Below are positions 55,183 to 64,000 of a stretch of DNA of 64,000 nt, one piece after another. The stretch's first letter is position 1. Each line of letters starts with the position of its first letter. The translations under genes and the position numbers were made by a program. The notes under the pieces are model-generated. The model was given only the letters and a program-made list of their open reading frames with translations. It was not told the origin of the DNA and made no database searches. Origin of the DNA: Balanoglossus misakiensis (lineage: Eukaryota; Animalia; Hemichordata); NCBI GenBank assembly GCA_040954595.2, contig CM082576.2, positions 5,368,760 through 5,432,759 on the forward strand, written 5' to 3'.

Positions 55183-55368
55183 TCAGTTGTTTTTCATTTC
55201 CAGTTCATGGAACGTAATGTCGGCTATTCCCGGTGAAGCATTTGAGCCCACGGTACAACTGCATGTTTGCTTGTAGAATTTGTTGTTTAATTCAAAAGAA
55301 TTGTTACGTAGACTTAGTGATAGCATTTCTATGAGGTATGTTTGTTTAGATTTGTTTCGTGTAAACAT
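55183..55368 (-). pseudogene. Penelope-like retroelement reverse-transcriptase fragment
   Basis: LIEMLSLSLRNNSFELNNKFYKQTCSCTVGSNASPGIADITFHELE resembles the PLE RT motif N.F.F....Y.Q..G..MGS..SP..A.I.M..LE, with substitutions. Confidence 0.65.
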
Positions 55369-57295
55369 GACACTCTACTTAAGATCTCGACATTGATATC
55401 AGTAACTCTGGTCAGACGTGTACTAGCTGACGCCAAGTCTCTGATAATCGTGAGAGAATCGTGTCCTTCGCCCTAAAATATGGAAATATGACTGTCCTTC
55501 CTTTTCCTTCGCCCTAAAAAATGGAAATATGACTGTCCTTCGCTTTCCTTCGCCCTAAATTACTGAGCCACACCTGTCCTTCGGCCACCAGCATACAGAA
55601 AACCACGTCCTTCGCACTAAAATAGGGATAAATCAGCGTCCTTCGGTTTCCTTCGCCCTAAATTACTGAGCTACACCTGTCCTTCGGCCACCAGCATACA
55701 GAAAACCACGTCCTTCGCACTAAAATATGGAAAAATCAGTGTCCTTCGGTTTCCTTCGGCCAAAATTACGGAGCTACACCCGTCCTTAAGCTTTAATTAC
55801 CGAACTAAACCAGTCCTTCGGCCCCCAGCATAGAGAAAACCACGTCCTTCGCCCTAAAATATGGAGATATGAGCGTCCTTCGCTTTCCTTCGGCCTAAAT
55901 TATGGAGCTACATCCGTCCTTCGGCGTTTAATTCGAAGCTAAACCAATCCCTTGGCCTCTAGCATACAGAAAACCGTGTCCTTCGCACTAAAATATGGAA
56001 AAATCAGTGTCCTTCGCTTTCCTTCGGCCAAAATTACGGAGCTGAACCCGTCCTGCGGCTTTAATTACCGAACTAAACCTGTCCTTCGGCCACCAGCATA
56101 ATTAATTACCGAACTAAACCTATCCTTCGGCCACCAGCATAGAGAAAACCTTTTCCTTCGCACTTAAATATGGATAAATCAGCGTCCTTCGCTTTCCTTC
56201 GGCGTTTAATTCGAAGCTAAACCAGTCCTTCGGCCACCAGCATAGAGAAAACCTTTTCCTTCGCACTAAAATATGGAAAAAACAGTGTCCTTCAGTTTCC
56301 TTCGGTTTCCTTCGGTTTCCTTCGTTTTAGTCTCACCCCAACACTGCACTGGGTACAGTCCAATTTATCAGACCCTGTGCTGTGTCTCGGGGCGTGTTAC
56401 ATGCACGTTCATAGTAACGGATATTAACCCAAGAGAGACGCGAAGCTCTCTACTACCAGGCTCTAAAATTAAAGAGTATAACTCCAGAGACAGAATCATC
56501 AACACATACGATATACAGATATATATTTTTTTCAATTCTTTTATTGTCTAGACTGTTTTACATCCGGGGAAACGACCTTTAGTAGCCATTATCATTCAAC
56601 GTTCTGCTACATCCTTACAGTGTTCAGAGACTCAGCAATGTTCTTGAGCTAAAAAGCTTGTGTGATCTCAATGGACACCAACTTCCACACGTTACGTGCA
56701 AAAAGTTTATCCATGGAAAGCAGAACGGGTCTTTTTTTATTTCGAAGTCTTCCAAGTATCATAAAGAACGATCAGTTTTGATGTTAAAGGGCGCCCTCGT
56801 TGACATAACTTGTCGCGTCATTCGTCAACAGATTCTTAGTTTAACCTGAAAGATTTCGAGTTCGTCTACACTCTGTGAGGTAGATTCATGTAAAAGTTAT
56901 TCAAACAGCGTTCGAGGTCATTTCTTTTACACCCGTATTTGTTCATTAGCGTCAGCATAATGAATTGTTCCACATCCCGAGGATGTACATAGGCAAAAAG
57001 ACGAACCAACGCATGCGTATTCGGTCTTCACTAGTCTCATCTACACAGTGGCCGAAAAAATGGGTGAAATAGTACAAATTGAAGTCAATGACAAAAAACA
57101 CAGATGTCAAAGAAACATGAACAGGCGAATATTTCAATTGTATCGGTCATGGCGACTATTGCTTGGATGGGGATGATGGTGGTGGCGATGATGACGACAG
57201 AAAAAAATCACACTGATGGAATTCGGAAATGGAGATGCATGACATGGATGAAGAGGCGACGAGCGATGGAAGCAGTATGTGACGTCAGAGAGTAT

Positions 57296-59785
57296 TTACT
57301 GCCTCAGCATGTACAGAGCGAGTGACGAAACCACCACTGCAATAGATGCCGATGTTCCTGGGAGAAATAAGGGAGAAAATGCGATTTAATAAAGTTATCC
57401 TGTTGTTGTTGTTTTTCAAAGTCATTGCATGGGCTCTGTGATCTTTATGCGAAAACCTCTTGAATCGTCAGTCACTAACGAACAACTTTATAAACATGTA
57501 CATTCTATTATATTTAGATGGGGTGTTTACCTGTTGCCGCCGAGGGCGTAGTTGGGGCGCCTGTTTCTGCTGCACTGGTTGGTTCAGCAGATGGATCTGC
57601 TGTCCCTTCGGCTTCTGGAGTTGATGCTACAGTTTGGTCTTGGGCAACTGCTAGTGCGACCACCGCAAGCAGGGCGGCAAACAACAAAACCACCTGTAAG
57701 ATACAATCAGTAGATTTTAAACAGTTACTCTAGTGTGATGGGCGCAACGAACATACTTGGCCATATAGTTGACGGATCCAAGCGCAATTAGATTACTGCA
57801 GGCCAAGTTCTAGCCCACTGGACCGTGGAGTCTTCATTAGTCAAACACTGGCTATATCAGTTTTCAATTTGCTTACTCCATGGTTTCGCGAAGAGATTTC
57901 ATTAATTCCCATATGAGATAACAGCCAAAGGAACTCATTGAAAATGAGCGAACGCATTTCTGTAGTCTTTTAAAGACGTTCAAATGACTTGGCAAATTGG
58001 TTAATATAAAGCACCACAAGACTATAGCAGTGTCTATATACCGTCGTGTCGAGTATATGTGTACATCAGATAATATACCCAATCATGCACATTTACATAA
58101 AGAAAACCAATTGTCTATCGCCTGCGTGTGCAACCCCGCTGACTTTAATGATATTCAATTAATGTTGCCATCGTTACTGTGTCATGTTCTTGCCGAAAGA
58201 GAAATATAAATGTGGTTGTTTTGTGAAGTCCGCATTGTTCCCAACCATGCTTAACGATGTCCACGCGGTACATTATAATACATTACTCAGGCGTGATATT
58301 GATTCTAAAAAATTCATCGTATTTGCTATAGGCATTAAATTATTATGCTATTCACAGACAATTCTCTACAATCTACCATATAAATCTAATAATGGCGTGT
58401 TTATTTATTCTTGTCGGAATTTCAAGCTGAAATGTTAAATCACGTAATCTGCTGAGTAGCAATATTGATCTTCGGATTAAAAAAGTAAAAATCACAATTT
58501 TCATGAGCCATGTAGTCAGGAAGGGCGCTCTCAGACAAAGCGATTGTGTCTGACATTATTTGGATAATTTGATACTGATCCAGCGCATTCATTGTATTGA
58601 GAATTTCACGTCTTTCCTGGTAATTCAAAACTGTTGCCCATTTTTTAAAAACAAATCAGTGTCTATTGCCGCAAGTGTAAATTTTATATTTCAAGAAAAA
58701 AATCAAGGATAACGTATCTCCATTTCCCCACGTTGGGCCCCTACCGAAGATGAGTCACTCCTTAATCATAGGCACACTTTCAATTCCAATTTACAAGCTG
58801 CCAGTGTTTTCTCCATTTACGTTCCCATGTGTTCCCATATGAAAATTAGTAAAATAATTGTATGTTGTCACGGAGATGTTAAAATACTGCTTTGGGCGGA
58901 TCGAAAACGGAATTAACGTTTTTTTCGAATTCTACATCTTGCCAAAAGCTCATTTAATATGTTGCTGTGGGGAAAAAAATCTTGCCACTCTGAAATTCAA
59001 TCGTGAATCATCACGAACGAGAAGCGCAAAAAACGTGTCTGACTCATAGGTACTAATCCGAAAATCATTTTATCATAATCCCCGCTCATGCCATTTTCTT
59101 CCCGCCAACCTGGGAAACAATCCGGTTCGAACCGGTTCTCATTCAAATTGCAGTGCGTTTCCCAGAAAAGCTGGCTGCCGCCGTTTTGAGTCATACCTGC
59201 CATCAGCAGCAAATTTATTTCAGGGACAAGTATTTTGTCGATTCCAAAGCGTATCTTAAAGAGGAGTCAGCTTGCTGAGTGGTTTTAAAAGTTTTTAAAA
59301 TATTGATAGCTTCAAGTTTGCTTGTACAGCAAATCAAAATATATGACACAACTATGGATGGAGTAGACACTTCGTGAGCTGAAAAAAAACCCACTAAAAA
59401 CACCCTCTGCGCAAAGCTTTGGGTGCTTTGGATTTTTCTCTCCGGACTCGTTTAATCCTTCAATATCACTAGAAGAAAACTGAACAATCGGCAGCACTTT
59501 GAGTCTTTGTGAGCTGTTGACACTGATACTGGGTCATTAGTTCCTTTATGCAGAAACTTCGAGCAATCGAAGAAAACTGGTCCGTCGTCGACATGAAGGA
59601 GAGCATTATTCTATTGACTTGAACAATGTGGTCAAATTTTGGCATTGCTCACTGCGATTTGGGTGGGGGCTTTGACATTAAATATGAAAATGACATGCAT
59701 GTTTCTGGTTGAAAGATTGGGAAAAGAGACGGACAGACGGGAAGACAAACGGAGAGATGAAATCTTTACTCACCTGACGAAGCAT
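57296..59785 (-). CDS. Small secreted Ser/Thr/Pro/Ala-rich peptide, probably GPI-anchored, 78 aa
   Basis: Exons 59774-59785 (ATG CTT CGT CAG|GTGAGT), 57531-57693 and 57296-57357 give MLRQVVLLFAALLAVVALAVAQDQTVASTPEAEGTADPSAEPTSAAETGAPTTPSAATGTSASIAVVVSSLALYMLRQ*. Splice sites are strong and phases match; the 12-nt first coding exon is the least certain part. Confidence 0.72.
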
Positions 59786-61835
59786 TCTGTGTGTGGTACC
59801 AATCACTAAACGCAACTCCTTCACTGATGGAACTAAAGTAAAAAAAAATAAGAAAATGTATTAATGCATTCGAGCGTCGTTGTGAGGGCGTGTCACCGCG
59901 TTCCGCGACAAAGAAAATCTGTCTCGAACATTGATGAATTTCTTCTTTTGATGCCAATTACGCCTGGTTTAGAATGTATCGTACGCTTGTTGCGAGGGAC
60001 TTTGATATATTTTTTCAATTTCAGTTTATGCATTTAGACTACGTTTCTTGTTCGAGCGCCATTTCAAGTCCACGTTTCATCAATTGAAATTCGTGGTTGA
60101 AATCGAATTATACGACATATGGAATATTGAACAAAAAAGAAATCGCAATCAATGGCTCAATCACTGACTGATTTTCATCCATGAAAACTGCACTTCTGAT
60201 ATCCAAAATTACACCCTCCCCCCTCCAAAAAAAAGAGCAGGGAGATGAGAATAGACGCCTTACCTTCTCTCTGGCTGCCAGCAAATGGATGAGGTTGAGA
60301 ATCCTGCAAGATAACACATCAACGCCTATCAGCATACGCTTATCGGCAATGACGTCACCAGCATCTCTTGATTCCTATTGGCCGGCTGGAGCCTGTGCTT
60401 ATTATACGGCAATGAATTCGATGAAGTTGTTTGCATCTCAATGTGAGCTCGCATAATGCAAGCATTAAAATTAGGTTTCGCACTTTGCGATTCAAGCCCG
60501 GGGGTAATTATGTCGATTGTATGTTAGTGTGTGTTCTGATGAGGAACATTTAGAAAAGTCATAGGTTTATTTTCTTTATGAACATTTTTTTGTCAAGTTT
60601 CTTTTCATTGTCGCAGATGGGTATTTGTTACACCTTCATAGAACCGAGAGAAATTTTCCTTCAAAACCTCACACCATATTCCCCCGTAAAGGTCAACTTA
60701 AAGAAAGTGGAGTTTTCTCGGAAATCGCGTCACAGCGGTAATGTTCTATACAGCATCTCGAACATCAGACAAACAAATCCACATCGATATAATATATGCA
60801 CTGCCAAAGGTTTGGCTGAACGAGAACAGACAATGACTTCATCTCCTTTCGAAATTTAATCATGAAAAATGCAGTTCAAATTTTAGACAGAAGCTGAATT
60901 AGAGGGACAGGGCCTCCTGTTTTATCTATGCAAATACAGGCGGCGTGGGTATCTCTCCTTTTTGCATAAAAACGTGCACAAAACGTGCAAAACCTGGCAA
61001 AAAAAATATCAGTTGATCTGATCAGTGCGCATGCGTGGTGAAGGATCATGTACATTGCATATACTCTCATTCGCATGTTCCTCAAGGTGTTTTGCACAGA
61101 TGAATACATGTCTCGTTTTTTTTCAAGTAGCAACATTTCACGTGTTTTTTTCCTTCTGGTGATTTAAAGTGTGTCAACTCCACCATCCAGGTCTGCTTGT
61201 TTGATTGTACCTTCAGCCTGTCTGCGTGGTCGCTAGAAGATTTGCTCGGACGGCTATAGATAATGCCTCAGGGAACATATAGATGGCTCTGTTGCCATGG
61301 CAATGGAGAAAGGCCTTCTCTTAAGGGGATGATTTAAATTTTGTTCACGTTGACTATAAAACATGTTAATGAGTGTTTTGGGGGACTCGGACATTGCTTA
61401 TTATATTGACTCGACTATAAGGTAATTACTGTCTTTGTGTTCGTATCACGACATCGCATACAAAAAATTGCAAAATTATTTGACCGTATTGTTTCCTTAG
61501 AAACGTGTTTTACAATTAAATGGCACCAATGAATTGACCGATTACTGTCTTCAACGACCTGCAAAATATTCAATTTGTGAAGTGTTGTAGCTCCATCGTG
61601 ACAATTAACGAATTCCCCAAAAGGCCTCACGAACGAACTCTAGTGAAAGTGACAGCATGCAGCGACATGGAAATCACTCGCATACAACGTCCATTGCACC
61701 TATATCGCGTTCACATTCACCCAATGCAGCTACAATGAATGATGAAAAGTAAACATCACTATATATGATCCATTTGTTTGAACATAAATAATTCAATGTT
61801 AATTTCAAGGTGTGTTTGAGCACGTGAAATTTTAG

Positions 61836-61921
61836 TCTCTCTCTCTCTCTCGTTCTCTCTCTCATACCCTCTCTCTCTCCCTCCCTCTCTCTCTCTCTTC
61901 TTCTTCTTCTCTCTCTCTCTC
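61836..61921. repeat. (CT)n/(CTT)n simple repeat
   Basis: Directly visible. Confidence 0.85.
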
Positions 61922-64000
61922 AACGCTGGTATTATATAATAATAAATTCAAGGCGTGTATAGCCACGAGAAATCTCTCTACGCCAGCTCGCTCGGCCTCA
62001 ACATCCATCTCTCCCTCAACCTTTCAACCCTTCTGTCGACCAACCTTTCTCTCTCTCACAATGAATTTGTGCTCCGCCCACAAATACCCAGCGTGAGAAA
62101 GTGTATACTTTTCGCAAACTCAATCAGTCTAAAAAAATCTTCGGATTTATTCGTTTGCATTGTGCTTTGCTGAGACATGGCCAGTGGAACCGTTACTTTG
62201 GGTCTCCATTCAACTGTGGATTGCCCGTCACTCGCTTAATAGTGGGAATTTCTACCGCAAGCACAATGAACCCATTACCTGAACAGATATGTTCTCGCTT
62301 TTCAATAAATGAATGCCTCGCCATTCAATCTTCGCCTACACTACATCAATTAAGAGGTTATCTTGAAAAGGAGAACCCCTTCTTCCAATCGTCTGCTGCA
62401 TAAGAATCAGGGCAACACTAAATCGCACGGCGCTCAGGTGCTTTTAAATAATGTTGCCCCCAGTGATACAAGTTTTCGGGACAGTAATCTTCTACAGTCA
62501 CATGACTAAATCTGTCCCTTTTCATGGGCCCTAAAGTCAGTTTTATATGAAAATAAATTATGAGCAAGCATACACAGGTGTCCGCGAATTAAAACTGAAC
62601 TCGCAGTTGAATAAACCAACTGTGAGCTAAAGTGTTATGCATTCCGTCTGTGTTTCCAAATGGGTCTGCGCATGCATACGTGATTGGAATAGAGATGACG
62701 TCAGGAGGATGACATGATAAGACAGAATGAATTTAGCTCGACTTCCCATTCAGTCCCTCCCTCCCTCCCTCCCTCCCCAAAAATAGTAGTAGATTCAGGC
62801 CCAAAAAGACGTCTCTGTGTGTAAATCTCACTAGTCAAGTTAGCGTTCACATCTACATTAACATCAATTAACAAGGGGTTGTTCAACATGGATGTGGCCA
62901 ACATATGTGCAAGTGAAGCAAGGTCGATAACTATGCCATAATACCCCAAATGCTCCATCCCCAGATCATCGCAGAGTTTTGGGGGTGACGGAAAGTTGTT
63001 GGTTATTTCAATCAGTGTGTGCTATCTGTTGTACATGTATTACAAAACTGGTATATTTCAAACCATGTGCCCTAAAAAGAACGCGACACTGTTGGCTCGA
63101 CAACGTTGTAGCATAGACATATCTTCCTGCGGAGGCCCCCAATTCAGTGGAGTGGAAGGTGGGCGACCTCGAGAACGTGACGTCAGTTGGTGATAGGAAA
63201 ATGAGCCGAGAAGCTAAATTTTCGTCAAAAAGAATACAGTGATTCTTATGTGTAACTGAAACATTACAGCTTATTCTTCTCTTATCGGTATTGGAGAGGG
63301 GGGAAGCCGGCACATTCCCCTATACGCGACCTCTGTACAATATACATACAATATCATGGTGGGACTGTAACCGCCCTACTTTAGGTGTCAAATGGCGACA
63401 TTTTGACGAGAAGAAAATGAGGTATCGTTCGGCAGACAGGTGTCGAGTAAGCAACAGACAATGCCTGACAATCGCATTCAATGCAATTCATCCAACCCAT
63501 CGATTTATTGCACAAAATGAAACTAACGACCTTTTCTGGCCTCTCTGTGAAATAGATGACGCCGTTCCACATCAGATGGTGCGGTATGAACTCACACTTG
63601 TCAGCTGACATTCAAAGCGACATCTTAGACTGTCACTTCTACACATTCATTGGCCTTGTGGTTCGAGAACTAATCAGATTAAGGCAGTCACAAGTCTTCG
63701 CTAAATGGAAAATTGTATGCATAGAATAACATGCTCCCGATGTGCGTTGAATAATTCAAGAGTTGGAAGGGTGCATCAGTCAAGTGATATTCGCTGCAGG
63801 CAATCTGAAAATCGGGATTACGTTTCAGTCAAACGAAAATCTGCCAATGTACGGATGCGTGATGACGAATGCTAAATTGGCATTTTGGTAAATCGTTTCA
63901 TTTTTTTCCCGTTTGCATGGAAACGGACACTGATGAATATGAGAACGAACGAACGAACGAACGCGGTTGCAATAATGCATGGAAAACGGCCTTGCTTCTG

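Larger units (their letters stand above)
53527..56338. mobile_element. Foldback-type DNA transposon with long modular inverted repeats
   Basis: Left arm about 53535-54270 (resuming 55066-55110) and right arm about 55462-56330 are inverted arrays of GAAGGAC-initiated units. The 8-bp direct repeat CAACACTG at 53519-53526 and 56339-56346 lies exactly 8 nt outside each TIR core. Confidence 0.88.

Noticed and set aside
53535-56330. CRISPR-like repeat-spacer appearance
   Set aside because: The 'spacers' recur cyclically, the array is mirrored, the context is eukaryotic and there are no cas genes.
57875-57882. Alternative first exon ATG GA|GTAAGC for the GPI peptide
   Set aside because: A phase-2 join shifts the frame and reaches a stop within 15 codons.

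Overview
Intron-rich, AT-rich animal genomic DNA with GT-AG genes and microsatellites; the repeat landscape and gene content suggest a marine invertebrate deuterostome, but the species cannot be determined from sequence alone. Six protein-coding genes were assembled by hand with consistent splice phases: (1) a secreted 8-Cys eclosion-hormone-like prepropeptide (-, 10665-11048); (2) SAE1 (-, 7 exons); (3) SRP14 (+, 5 exons), head-to-head with SAE1; (4) a 19-exon, 998-aa GABA-B-type class C GPCR (-); (5) a 15-exon SLC5/SMCT-like sodium:solute symporter (+); (6) a 78-aa secreted, probably GPI-anchored mucin-like peptide (-) that the ORF track misses. The standout observation is in the GPCR: a complete C-type lectin domain is spliced in frame into the C-terminal part of the Venus-flytrap domain as a phase-1/phase-1 two-exon cassette, and several GABA-binding residues appear substituted. 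Mobile DNA includes a 2.8-kb foldback element with higher-order 31-bp repeats that carries a nested Harbinger-type MITE and a Penelope RT fragment, a telomere-repeat-containing MITE, a Kolobok-type MITE and a LINE relic. No database searches were run; all homology calls come from motif recognition.
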